A DNA stretch of 64,000 nt from the human T2T-CHM13v2.0 reference genome, Homo sapiens: NCBI RefSeq assembly GCF_009914755.1, contig NC_060936.1; one strand, written 5' to 3'. Both the position numbers and the translations under genes were made by a program. Below, piece after piece: positions 32,615 to 56,334 of this stretch (the stretch's first letter is position 1; the number at the start of each line of letters is the position of its first letter). The notes beneath the pieces were generated by a model. That model ran no database searches, had not been told where the DNA came from, and worked only from the letters and a program-made list of their open reading frames with translations.

Positions 32615-34796
32615 TTATCTAGGGGTGACAGTGAGCAAAAATAAATAAATAAATAAGGCCAAGTGCCATAGCTCACGCCTGTAATCCTAGCACTTTGGGA
32701 GGCCCATGCTGGTGGGTCACTTTGAGCTCAGGAGTTTGAGACCAGCCTGGCCAACATGGTGAAACTTCATCTCCGCTAAAAATACAAAAATTAGCCAGGC
32801 ATGGTGGCTCATACCTGTAATCCCAGCTACTTGGGAGGCTGAGATTGTAGGACTGCTTGAGCCAGGGAAACAGAGGTGGCAGTGAGCTGAGATGGTGCTG
32901 CCACCGCAGTCCAGTTTTAGCAAAGGGAGCTAAAGAGGCATGTGTACTAAATGCAATGTGTCATCCACGATTAGATACGGACCAGAAAAAAAGGCATTGT
33001 TGTAAATAAAGGACATTGTTGGGACAATTAGCAAATTTTGAATGTAGATTATAGGTTAGATTATTAGTATTAAATTTCCTGATTTTGATAATTATACTCT
33101 GCTTATGTAAGAGAATATCCTTGTCCCTAAGAAATGCACTCTGAGGCCGGGTGCGGTGGCTCACACCTGTAATCCCGGAACTTTGGGAGGCTGAGGCGGA
33201 CAGATCACTTGAGGCCAGGAGTTTGAGATCAGCCTGACCAACATGGCAAAACCCCATCTCTACTAAAAATACAAAAACTAGCCAGGTGTGGTGGCACATG
33301 CCTATAGTCCCAGCTACTCAGGAGGCTGAGGCACGAGAATCACTTGAACCTCGGAGGTGGGGGTTGCAGTGAGCTGGGATCGTGCCACTGCACTCTAAGC
33401 CGGAGTGTCAGAGCAAGACTCTCCCCATCCCCCTCCCCCACAAAAAAAAGAAATGTACCTGAAGTATTTAGGGGCTAAACAGTATACTCTGCAGTTTACT
33501 CTCAAATGGTTCAAATTATATGGGTAGGTGGATGGGTGGAGGGATAATAGGTAAGTAGGTAGATAGATAAATAGATAGCCAGACATAGAGATAGATGGGA
33601 AAAAAAACTATTAAAGCAGTTGTGACGAAATATTAAAAACTGGTAAATCTGGATGAAGTATATATGAGTTATTTGTACTATTCTTACATCTTTTCTGTAA
33701 GTTTGAAATTATTTGAAAATTTAAAAACAATTATAATTAGAGGAGGAAGCACAGGGCTGTATTTTATACTGTAGTTTCTGAATGAACTCTGAATGATTAC
33801 ATCCAGATACTTACTACGGCCACCAGGAAAAAACATGCTAGCCTTTGGACTAGGTGTGGCTGTGATAGACATGATCCTGCTAACTACTGCTAGAAAAAAT
33901 GGCTTTAACTCAACTAATCCAAAACCAAAATCATATTTTATGGATGACTGTTGCATTTCACCACCTTATAACTAAAAGTTGGATATAATAGTTTTGCTCA
34001 TTGTTTCCTGGTGAACCTCATTGTTACCTTCTAAGAATGTCCACCAGGAAGCTACACATAGCTTATGTTATCTAGATTCAAAATCCATTCCAATGTATCT
34101 ATTGAGTGTGGAGGAGACTGTTAGTACTATCTGAAAATCCATGTGCTCCTCCATATTTTCTCAGTCCTGTGTACCTGGGTGGTGTCACAGGATTAATTCT
34201 TGCCAAAAGAACATAAATGGAAGTGATGTGTCACTTTTACTCTGAGGCAGTTGAGTGCAGATGTGCCTTCTTGTTCCACCTCTTCCCCTTTAGCTGAACC
34301 TGTAGAGGTCATGTAGAGGTGGCAGAACCATAAAATGAAAGCAGCTTGAATCCCTGAGTCACCGCTTCAGGGAGAGTTCTCTGGAAAACCACCTGATCAG
34401 CACCAAACCTTACAGGAGCAAGAAATGTTATTGCATTATTTATTGTGTTATATTGTTAAGATTTTAGGTTAATTCGTTCATTCAAGATAGCCATATCGAC
34501 TTACCATTCCTCTTTCTCTTCCCTCTTATTCCTTTTTCTTGTCTTTAAAAAACATTATTATTACTATTATTATAATTATTTTCTTCTCTTCAGGCAGGGC
34601 ACGGCCAGTGAGACCTGTAAGGTTGGTACCAAGGAGGCACCCAGCAGGGTTAGGAAGTTGGTTACATACGGGGGTAATAAGTAAGTAAACGTATTGAAGA
34701 TAATGAAAGCCAGGTTTATTATCTCTGTCAGAGAAGGGGGTTACAAATGTGGAAAGAAAAATAGACTGGAATGAACCCTGTGGTGTTGTGATTTGA

Positions 34797-35897
<1,101 letters not shown>

Positions 35898-35908
35898 TGT
35901 ACGTTATA

Positions 35909-36244
35909 CAGTTGGCCCTCCACGTCCATGGGTTCTGAATCCATGGGCTCAGCCAGCTACAGATCAAACATATTAGGAATAAAAAATAACAATACAACAA
36001 TAAAAAAAACAAATAAAAAATACAGTATAACAACTATTTACATAGCATTTACATCATAGTGCGTATTATAAGTGATCTAGAGATGATTAAAATATACCAG
36101 AGGATGTGTGTAAGTTATATGCAAATGCTATACCATTTTATGTAAGGCTCTTCTTGAGCATATGCAAATTTTGGTATCTGTGGGGCAGGAGAGTGGTGGG
36201 GGGCAGTCCTGGAACCAATCCCCCACTGATACGAGGGACAACTG
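35909..36244. mobile_element. MER2 (Tigger2-type MITE), apparently complete
   Basis: ta-cagttggccctcc start and gagggacaactg-ta end; TIRs and TA TSD. Confidence 0.85.
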
Positions 36245-37889
36245 TACATGCATTATGTATATGTGTATGTATATATATATATCCCCTGAAAGAGCCTAGA
36301 GGCAACAGCTTTGCAAAAGCAATGAGCATATTTTGCTCCCAGATCTTGGTTTATAGATGCTGTTCTCCTCTAAAAGAGACAAGAGCACTTTGGAGAAATG
36401 GCTGATTCCAAGGCTGAGGGGAGTAGAAAAAAGTATAAGCTTAGCTAGGAACATCTTGCTGTGCCAGGAAGTGAGGAAGTGATTAAAAAGTGATGAGGGC
36501 CAGATGCAACAGCTCACGCCTGTAATCCCAGTGGTTTGGGAGGCCAGGGCAGGAGGATTGCTTGAGCCCAGGAGTTCAAGGCTGCTATAGTGAGCTATGA
36601 TCACACCACTGCACTCAGCCTGAGCAACAGAGCAAGATTCTGTCTCCTAAAAAAAAAAAAAGATTTGTCAAAAGAATAAAGGATCAGATTAAAGGGGTAC
36701 CCACTGGCCAAATATGAAACAATATGAGCATCAAAGTAAATAATGTTAGTGTTCGATTATAACACTTGAATTAAATTAAGATTCATTAATCAATACTTAT
36801 AAAACTAAATGAAAAATGAACTAAATAAATGTAGAGAAAGAAAGTCACTTCCTTACAGTGGAATACCAACTTCTAAATGTAGAAGGACTGATGGAGTTAA
36901 AAAATTACCACCTGGCAATCATCACAGTACTAGCTGATTCAGGCAAGAATCATTGATGGATATAAAAATTAGTGGGTGAAAGTGTGCTGAACAGAATACT
37001 TACATGGTCTCACAGTATCTCCCCATAAACTACTTATAAATAACACAGAAAAATAGTAACTTTACAATGAAGAAACCTGGCCGCCAACCCCTTGATCAAA
37101 TGATCAATGTTCACCTCACCAGTAATAGAACAAATCAGTATCATGTACTTCTTGACATGATATGCCAAGAAGAACAAAGCATCCCTTCTATGACATTCTT
37201 GCCTAATGCATAACCTAAATCTGATCGTGGGAAAACATCAGAGAAACCCAAAGTGAGTAACACTCTCCCAAATAAATGTCCCGTACTCTTCAAAAATGCC
37301 AAGGTCATGAGTCGCAAAGAAAGATTAGAAGAACTGCTTCAGACTGAAGAAGGGTAAAGGGACATGAAAATCAATACTACGTGTGTTGCTCGATAATAGA
37401 CTAAAATAAGAAGTAATTTTGTCTTGTTTTGATTTGTTTTTGCCATAAAGGACATTATTAGGAAATTTGGAGGATTTGGTAGCGTTATATCCATGTTAAT
37501 CTTGATGCTGATGGTTGTGCTTGGTCCTTTAGGAAAGTATTTAAGGGTTATGCCGCACCATGTATTTAACTTAACTCTCAAATGATTCAGGAAAAATATG
37601 TATATGTGTGTGTATGTGTGTAGGTATACATTTTTATATGTGTACAATCTGTATATCTATATATGGGTATATACATGTATCTCTATGTGTGTATATATAT
37701 GTGTATATATTTATTATAAATATGTATATAGATGAAGATAGAAAGAGAGAAGAGAGAGAGGGAAAGACAGAGAGAGACAGAATGATAAAGCAAATATAGT
37801 AAAATGTTAACATCAGGGAAGCTGGGTGAAGGGTTACAGAAATTCTTTTTACTATTCCTGCATCTTTTCCATAGCATTGAAATTACTTC

Positions 37890-42017
<4,128 letters not shown>

Positions 42018-42129
42018 CTACAAGTGCATCCTTGACCTCTAGCTCTAAGTTTACACGTCTGTTGGCAAAGTTCCACTTGAATGTCCTAACATCTCAAATT
42101 CTAACAACCTTGACTTTATCTCTCAAATA

Positions 42130-46520
<4,391 letters not shown>

Positions 46521-46837
46521 CAAAGGGTCACGGTATTACCCGGTGCTGGGGGAAGGGAATAGGAAGATTCACTACAGTCATATATTTTTACATAATATTT
46601 GACTTTTTCATGACAAAGGATTTTTAAATTAGAAAAGCACCATAAAGTTGAATTAACCAAAAAAGAGAGAGAGAAAGTCCAGACCCTTCAGTGACTACCT
46701 CTGTCTACATAAGATCAGACTCCTCAGTCTGGTATGTGAGGCCCTGGACAATCAGGTGCTAGTGTACTTTTTTAACTTTATCTGTCACTACTTCCCTTCC
46801 TGTGCCCTCCACTCTGGAATTCTTCCTGGGACTGTAG

Positions 46838-47132
<295 letters not shown>

Positions 47133-47361
47133 TAGCCAGGATGGTCTCGATCTCCTGACCCCGTGATCTGCCCGCCTCGGCCTCCCAAAGTGCTGGGATT
47201 ACAGGCGTGAGCCACCTCGCCCGGCCAATGCTAACTTTTTTTAGGTAACATCTTCTGTAGACTTTTAGACATTATCTCACTGAGTTCTCATAGACTCTGC
47301 AAGGTAAGTATTACTCCCATCCAGAACCAGACACCTGATTTGCAGGGTCCAGTGCAAACTA

Positions 47362-47725
<364 letters not shown>

Positions 47726-48599
47726 TTAAATGAAGTGTAAGGCCATGTGTGACTGTACCAGTGTGAACCTATGAGGCCAGTCCCACCCCTATCTTACATC
47801 TAGGGAACAGGTACACAGAGATGAAGTAAATTCCCAAGGTTACTTTGTCAAGAGCTTGGAAAATATAAGAGTCAGAAGTCTAACAGGTTGAATCCCTATT
47901 AAACTCTCCCCAACTAAACTACGCCCCTCCCTGTTGAGCTGAATCTAATGAAAGCTTCCTAAATGTATTAACCACACACACGCACAATCTGCTATCAGTC
48001 ACTTTCAGTAGTTCATCGCTGTAACATCTCAGGAGTTCAATGTTTCAACGTGTTCTGTAGATTACTGTGATAACGCGGCAAGCTGTCGTAAGACTTCTTG
48101 CTGCACATTTCTTTTTAAAATATTCTCCAGGAGTCTGATGAAAAATACAGACATACCTATGTTTAATGTCAATGGATGGAACTTATTTTAAAAAGTACTG
48201 TAATGGCAGAAGTTGTGACACAAAGTACTGCAGTGATGTTGTAACTCCAACACCTAAATATATTATCAAGCATTCGCGTTTTGTTTTGTTTTTTAAGTGA
48301 CTACTAGATACTGTGATTCACTTAAGTGAAGCGAACTGAAGCCCGTGGTCAAGGAGAGACACCTGAAGGTGAAGGGACAAAGCGAGCAGGGTAAGAGCTC
48401 GAGCCCGACCCCTCTCAAAAAATATAGACCCGGAACGCGCGCCTGCGCAGAACGAATCCTCCCGCGCACAAGCCGGGCGGAAGAGCTGGGGCGGGCAGGG
48501 GCGGGAATAAGGTTGCTAGGAGAACGCGATGACGCTACGGGCTCGGCGCTCTTCTCCACCAATGGGCGACGCGTACTTGCAGTGGCGCGCTGTGTGCGT

Positions 48600-48707
48600 C
48601 ACGCCGACGACGCGCGAAGGGCACACATCTTAGGACCCGGAGGACGTCCGGCCTCTGTGAGCCGCAACCTTTCCAAGGGAGTGGTTGTGTGATCGCCATC
48701 TTAGGGA
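48600..48707 (+). other. SLC25A3: SLC25A3 non-coding exon 1 (start approximate)
   Basis: GGA|gtgagt donor at 48708, upstream of the exon 2 acceptor ccctag at 48936-48941. Confidence 0.75.
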
Positions 48708-48945
48708 GTGAGTGTGGCCGGGCCTTCTCCTGTGGCGGGTGTGGGGAGCGGAGCCCAGAGCTCCTGTGGGGCCGCTGCTTTGGCGGTGGGCCCAGCCGGG
48801 AGCAGCCTCTTTCGAAGGCCGCCGTGACCTCTTCAAGGGCGTGGAGACGGGAAGGAAAAGGCCCCGGTTGGGGTTCCAGGGCGCCGGTAACGTTAACCGG
48901 CGCCTTGCCTGTCCTCTAACCGTCGCTCCCTCCTCCCCTAGAAAG

Positions 48946-49102
48946 ATGTTCTCGTCCGTGGCGCACCTGGCGCGGGCGAACCCCTTCAACACGCCACATC
49001 TGCAGCTGGTGCACGATGGTCTCGGGGACCTCCGCAGCAGCTCCCCAGGGCCCACGGGCCAGCCCCGCCGCCCTCGCAACCTGGCAGCCGCCGCCGTGGA
49101 AG
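48946..49102 (+). CDS. SLC25A3: SLC25A3 exon 2 coding part: mitochondrial presequence MFSSVAHLARANPF...AAAAVE
   Basis: ATG at 48946; GAAG|gtgaga donor; 157 nt. Confidence 0.97.
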
Positions 49103-50399
49103 GTGAGATCAGACCCTGCCCAATACAGTCGTGTGGTCTACTTGTGGGCCGCCCAGCCTTTGAGGCCTGGACCCGGCTTGGAGGACAGGGAAGGACGAGT
49201 CCAGCCCGCTGCACCGTAGGACGGCGCCCAGTTGCTTGCCCTGGGGTATCGGCCTTTTCCACCATAGGCGGGTGTCAGATCCTTGGCCTTCCCTCAAGGG
49301 CGTGGAAGCGCTGAGGCCCTGTGTCCCTTCGTGACCTCCGTGTGCCCGAGGGAAGAGAGGCCGTGACTAGCTCTTTCTCCGCCGTGAGCTCGCTTGGTCA
49401 GCAAACTAAGTACTGGGTAAACTCTCCTCCCGAAACTACTGACCACCCACAGTTCTACTAACTATATTACCTGTCCTTTGATTTGCCCTTAGTTTTCTTA
49501 AAAATAGTCCTTTCCTAAGTTTTATATTTGTCGACGCCAGGTCAGTCATTTTTGCACTTAATTGTATATGAGATAACTAGATGTCCTGTTTTCGTGCGAC
49601 TGGAGGAGGCAGCTTGCAGCCCTACATAGGCAATAGAAAGGAGATAATTGGTGGGCGTCCCTTTGGTGTGATTATCTCTTGGGATTCTTGGTGGTTGGGC
49701 CCAGCTTTAACTTAGTTGTGTGTGTTTTAAATCCTAGTGAAGTATGTACATACAGAGAAACCTGAAAACCGAATTGTAGGAGTCCTAAGAATGTTATCTA
49801 CCTTGTGCCTGTAAAATCGAAAGATTTTTTTCTTTAAATCATTCATGTGCTTCTGTTGTCTTTAGTATGGATAGAGTCCTTATTTACACTATCTGTCGTT
49901 CAGTTTAAAAGTTAAAGCTAACATTATTTGTGTATTAAATGTATTTGACTGCAGGAATTTGTGCGTATCCGTTTTTATGTTACAGGAGTTCTTAAGTGGG
50001 GATAGTATTGGTTAGTGGCTGGGATAAACTTTGAAGTTGTTTGCAAGCCTTTTACATGTCGAGTGATCTTTCTGAGTTTCGTTTGTACTCTGAAGTGTGC
50101 TCTTACCAGTGGTTAATAATTTGAAGTTTGACTTTAATTGTAAAAGCCGTTAATGTAGAAAACTTTTAAAAAAATTAATATGGCAGAATACGAGCTATTA
50201 ATAGTATCAGATACAGAACCCTCATAATTTTTAAATGATCTGAATTTGGCAGTGAATTTTTTTTTAAGCCACTTAATTGTGGCCAAAGCTATTCAGCTGT
50301 GATAATAGTATCTCACAGGGAAACATTTTCTTTCATTCCAGTGGCCTTAGTCATCTCTGAAGAAATACTTACTTGATTTTTTTTTTTCCAATCAAACAG

Positions 50400-50524
50400 A
50401 GCAGTATAGCTGTGACTATGGATCTGGCAGATTCTTTATCCTTTGTGGACTTGGAGGAATTATTAGCTGTGGCACAACACATACAGCATTGGTTCCTCTA
50501 GATCTGGTTAAATGCAGAATGCAG
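50400..50524 (+). CDS. SLC25A3: SLC25A3 exon 3A (muscle/heart isoform A; mutually exclusive with 3B)
   Basis: aaacag|AG acceptor; [41 protein letters not shown]; |gtttgt donor; 125 nt. Absent from the ORF track. Confidence 0.96.
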
Positions 50525-50693
50525 GTTTGTTTTGCATGCTGGACTAGAGCATATTGAAGCATGACTGACTGTTAAGTTATAAGATATAGTCATCTAACAA
50601 GCTGTGTGGAAACCTAACTGTCCAGGAGGTAAGTTTATGACCAGTAACATGAGTTTTATATTAAAATGCATGGTGTGTCTTCTCTTACTACAG

Positions 50694-50815
50694 AGTACAG
50701 TTGTGAATTTGGCTCCGCGAAGTATTATGCACTGTGTGGCTTTGGTGGGGTCTTAAGTTGTGGTCTGACACACACTGCTGTGGTTCCCCTGGATTTAGTG
50801 AAATGCCGTATGCAG
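50694..50815 (+). CDS. SLC25A3: SLC25A3 exon 3B (ubiquitous isoform B)
   Basis: ctacag|AG acceptor; [40 protein letters not shown]; 122 nt; carrier signature PxDxxK. Confidence 0.97.
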
Positions 50816-51792
50816 GTTTGTATTGAGATGACAACATTGAAAGTATCTCTCATGTGACTTAACTCTAAATAAAATCTTAAATGAGAATTTGAAGACATCA
50901 CAACTGCTAGAAACTTCAGTAGGAAACCACATAGAATTTCTTTAAATTGTGGGCTTTATTTTGACTAGTGTTTTAAATCCAATAAATGCCTCTATTGTTT
51001 GAGTAAATTGTTCACTTTTAGAGTCTGGCTGTAAATGGCTCTTTGCTGCTGCTCTTCACTTCTGGCCGGAGTTCTTCAAGCTTACTAGTGCCCCAAATAG
51101 TCATTTAACAAGCACCTATGTGTTGGAGTGGGTAAACAAGTCTGTGTATTATGTGAAGTAACAATGTCCTTTATCTACTAATAAGACCAAGGCAAAGAGT
51201 ACATGTAGATTTATTTAAAGTGCTCTTAATATCTTAGTATGAAAATTTTGTCAGATTAGCCTCTTGTTTATTTACACAACATTTTAAAATAATTTGAATA
51301 TATTTTAATTAAGATCATTGAAACAAAAACAAGACATCGAAAATTTATTTGTTCCAAACTGGATTAGAAGTCTACTTACCTAAAAGAGAAATGAATTTGA
51401 AATATTAGGAGGGAGAGGAAGGTGATGTATACCATCCCTTCTAGTACTGGCAGAAATAGATAAGCTTTTCCTCCCCCCCCATTAGTTAATGTAATGGATA
51501 TGAAATGTACCTTTGCTAAAACGTGTTATGCATGTCTCTTGAAGTGAATTTAGTTTATGTGCTTTTTTTTTTTAACTTGTGTTTAGTTTGTTTAGTGTTC
51601 ACAAAACTTTATGCTATAAGCTACTTAAAGAACTAGCATATGTTAGGAATACAGTTATATCTATTATCTAGACAGTAGCTTTTAAAAAGTAGGAGGTGGG
51701 CCAAGCATGGTCGCCCACACCTGGAATGCCAGCATTTTGGGTAGCCGAAGCAGGTGGGTCACTTGAGGTCAGGAGTTCGAGATCAGAACTCA

Positions 51793-51963
<171 letters not shown>

Positions 51964-52063
51964 CTACAGAGCAAGACTCAAAAAACAAACAAACAAAAAA
52001 CACAAAAAAAGTAGTAGGAGTTGGGTGGTAAGAAATCTGTTAAGAATCAGTTTTGTTACGTAT

Positions 52064-52183
52064 TTTTGTTGAAATTTTACCCTCTTAACTATCACTCCAA
52101 GACTTAAGTTTGACACAGAAAGCTTTTGTTGAAATTTTACCCTCTTAACTATCACTCCAAGACTTAGGTTTGACACAGAAAGC
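52064..52183 (+). repeat. 60-bp tandem duplication (2 copies, 1 mismatch) in the SLC25A3 intron after exon 3B
   Basis: ttttgttgaaattttaccctcttaactatcactccaagactta(a/g)gtttgacacagaaagc twice. Confidence 0.97.
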
Positions 52184-52630
52184 TAGACCTTAATGTACAA
52201 CAGTTTCTATTTATAAAAGTAATCAAATGAACAATAATAAACAGTGATAAGCATAAACTAATAAAAGTTATATGAATGTAGTTCCTCACTCAAAATATCT
52301 TAATATTTTCAGATGTCAGTTGACCTTGGATAACTGAAGCCACAGAAAATGAACTCTTGGATAAGGGAGAGCTACTGTATTTCTTTTTTTTTTTTTGAGA
52401 TGGAGTCTTGCTCTGCTGCCCAGGCTGGAGTGTAGTGGTGCCATCGTGGCTCACTGCAACCTCCACCTCCCTCCCTCAGGCTCAAGCGATTGTTCTGTCT
52501 CACCCTCACCCTCCCGAGTAGCTGGGATTACAGGTGCACGCCACCATGCCCGTCCAATTTTTTGTATTTTAGTAGAGATGGGGTTTCACTGTGTTGCCCA
52601 GGCTGGTCTTGAACTCCTGAGCTCAGGTAA

Positions 52631-52813
<183 letters not shown>

Positions 52814-52822
52814 TAAATAAAG

Positions 52823-53002
52823 GTGGACCCCCAAAAGTACAAGGGCATATTTAACGGATTCTCAGTTACACTTAAAGAGGATGGTGTTCGTGGTTTGGCT
52901 AAAGGATGGGCTCCGACTTTCCTTGGCTACTCCATGCAGGGACTCTGCAAGTTTGGCTTTTATGAAGTCTTTAAAGTCTTGTATAGCAATATGCTTGGAG
53001 AG
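52823..53002 (+). CDS. SLC25A3: SLC25A3 exon 4
   Basis: VDPQKYKGIFNG...SNMLGE; ag|GTG acceptor and GAG|gtatgt donor; 180 nt. Confidence 0.97.
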
Positions 53003-53488
53003 GTATGTAATTAACTTTAAAATTGAATGTTCCGAGTGTTTAAGACTTTCCGAGTGTTCTTAGATTTTTGTCTGTCTTGCCTTATTTTAGCACTGAAGAA
53101 AATGGTCCTACAAAGTGAGCAACTTGTTTTAAATCGTATGCCTGTGTCAGCAGAGACAGGTTGATAAATGTATTTCATTAAATTACAATTCTCCTTTTAA
53201 TATACTATCTTGTTTTCTAAGTAAGTTGGATTTTGAGTTTTTTAGAGAAGGGCTCTGGGACTCCTTTGCGTAGTTCCGGGGCATGGCATCTAGATATTTT
53301 TTGAATATTCATGTTGTTCACATAGTTACGTGTTTTGTTAATGAGGTTATGAGACCACATATATATTCCATATCATCGTGTGTTACTTTATAAAATGTCT
53401 GAAGCTTAGTTGTTTTCTAGAACTGTCACTTCAATTGAAAACCAACACAACAGCAATTCACATCCCTTCCTTGTGTTTTGGATTTTAG

Positions 53489-53956
<468 letters not shown>

Positions 53957-54047
53957 TGACCTCATGATCCGCCCACCTTGGCCTCCCAAAATGCTGGGAT
54001 TACAGGTGTGAGCCACCGCACCCGGCTTCTTTTTTTTTTTTCTTTGA

Positions 54048-54152
<105 letters not shown>

Positions 54153-54601
54153 TGAATAGCTGGGATTACAGGCATGCACCACCACGCCTGGCTAATTTTG
54201 TATTTTTAGTAGAGACTCCATGTTGGTCAGGCTGGTCTCGAACTCCTGACCTCAGGTGATCCACCCGCCTCGGCCTCCCAAAGTGCTGGGATTACAGGCG
54301 TGAGACACCGCGTCTGGCTGTGAACTTCATTTTTTAGTATTAAGCCTACCAGACTTTTTAAAAAGACTATTATAACATTTAATGTCTATTTACCTGTATG
54401 TAGAACATAAACTTGAGAGGTAAAGATAAGTTAATACATGGTTTGAGCCCTGGACTGAGTTTTTTTTTTTTCCCTAGAGTAAGGACCATTTGTCGGTCTA
54501 CAAATGACTTGATGTTTGGCCTAAACATTTACTATTAACTTTTAGGGAGGGCTTGTTAGTATCCTTGTGATCTATTCACAGTTAAGAATTTCCATGACCA
54601 C

Positions 54602-54851
54602 AACATGCTTCCTTAGATCCACCTTTGTGGATGAATCTTGAACTGAGTTCCACTTGTAAACTTCTTGTTTCTTGTGGTTCCAGTAGTCAAAGAAACATCC
54701 AGCAACTTTTTTGGTTGTATAGTCAAAGGTGCTTGAGTCATTGGCATGTAAGAGAAATATACCTGCATGTTAGTCTAACGTTCTGATAGAAATGACATGC
54801 ATTTATGCTGCCATTTGTTACTATCAGGACTCGACTCGTGTGCGGACATTT
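54602..54851 (+). ncRNA. SNORA53: Intronic box H/ACA snoRNA SNORA53 (unusually long, 250 nt)
   Basis: 5' acatgc pairs with gcatgt (54744-54749); H box AGAGAA 54751-54756; ACA at 54846-54848 followed by 3 nt; known to be hosted by SLC25A3. Confidence 0.9.
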
Positions 54852-54921
54852 CTGTTAATAATGACAGTCTCTGATAGATGAGTGTATGCAACTGTGTAAA
54901 ACAAGTCTCTTGATTTCCTAG

Positions 54922-55094
54922 ATTCTACAAGGGGGTTGCTCCTCTCTGGATGAGACAGATACCATACACCATGATGAAGTTCGCCTGCTTTGAACGTACT
55001 GTTGAAGCACTGTACAAGTTTGTGGTTCCTAAGCCCCGCAGTGAATGTTCAAAGCCAGAGCAGCTGGTTGTAACATTTGTAGCAGGTTACATAG
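54922..55094 (+). CDS. SLC25A3: SLC25A3 exon 6
   Basis: FYKGVAPLWMRQIPYTMMKFACFE...AGYI; 173 nt. Confidence 0.97.
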
Positions 55095-55193
55095 GTACGA
55101 ATTACTTAGAACACACTTGTCTGAAATTATGAACAAATAATCATTTCCATTATTGGCGTTTTTTGAGAGGGAAAAATACTCCAAAGGTTATAA

Positions 55194-55550
<357 letters not shown>

Positions 55551-56137
55551 TAGTATTTTTAGTAGAGACGGTTTCACTATGTTGGCCAGGCTGGTCTCAA
55601 ACTCCTGGCCCCAGGTGATCTGCCTGCCTCGGCCTCCCAAAGTGCTGGGATTACAGGCGTGAGCCACCGCGCCTGGCCTGATTTTTGTAAAGATGGGGTT
55701 TCACCATGTTGATGAGTCTGGTCTCAAACTCCTGACCTCAGGTGATGTGCCTGGCCTATAAAGCAGTTTTATCTTCCCATAACATTTTATATGCTTTTTA
55801 GGATTCATAAATACTTGCTAACTAGTTCCTAAAAGGGCTGTTTCATGGGATGTCATTATTAGGCTTGGGAATGTATTGATCTTACTGTTGCACCATTTTT
55901 TTGTTGTTGTTTATTAAGAATTTTATACAGAAAGTGTTGAATAAAATCTGAAAAACTTTAAAAGATTGTTCCGTTTTACATAGGATAGACAGCTTGATAA
56001 CTGTACCCGTGTCACCCTGAGTCTGATTTTTATTTTAGAACTAGAAAAATATTATTTTAAAATCATAAAAATGATTATTGGCTCTGTGAAGTTTTGTTTT
56101 TAACTGGCACTGTATGGGATCCTTTATCTTTTTTCAG

Positions 56138-56248
56138 CTGGAGTCTTTTGTGCAATTGTTTCTCACCCTGCTGATTCTGTGGTATCTGTGTTGAATAAAG
56201 AAAAAGGTAGCAGTGCTTCTCTGGTCCTCAAGAGACTTGGATTTAAAG
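56138..56248 (+). CDS. SLC25A3: SLC25A3 exon 7
   Basis: GVFCAIVSHPADSVVSVLNKEKG...LGFK; 111 nt. Confidence 0.97.
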
Positions 56249-56334
56249 GTAGGATGATGTTTTTTTCTTGAAAGAAAGAACAACAGTTTTGGATATGTTG
56301 CATTTTTTTCATTTGCTTTTCCTGTTTGAACCAG

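Larger units (their letters stand above)
48340..49400. promoter_or_regulatory. SLC25A3: CpG island / SLC25A3 TATA-less promoter
   Basis: High GC and CpG; NRF1-like CGCGCCTGCGCA 48438-48449; GC boxes ~48488-48505; CRE half-sites ~48530 and ~48597; CCAAT 48559-48563; YY1 CGCCATCTT 48694-48702. Confidence 0.9.

Noticed and set aside
48293-49297. Long ORFs on both strands of the CpG island (e.g. 48630-49265, 211 aa)
   Set aside because: Stop-codon scarcity in GC-rich DNA; low-complexity R/P/G/A content and no recognisable domain
52064-52183. Direct repeats as a CRISPR-like array
   Set aside because: Two abutting copies with no spacers, in a eukaryotic intron
53030-53058. Short direct repeat ttccgagtgtt twice after exon 4
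   Set aside because: Only 11 bp; probably a small slippage duplication with no evident function
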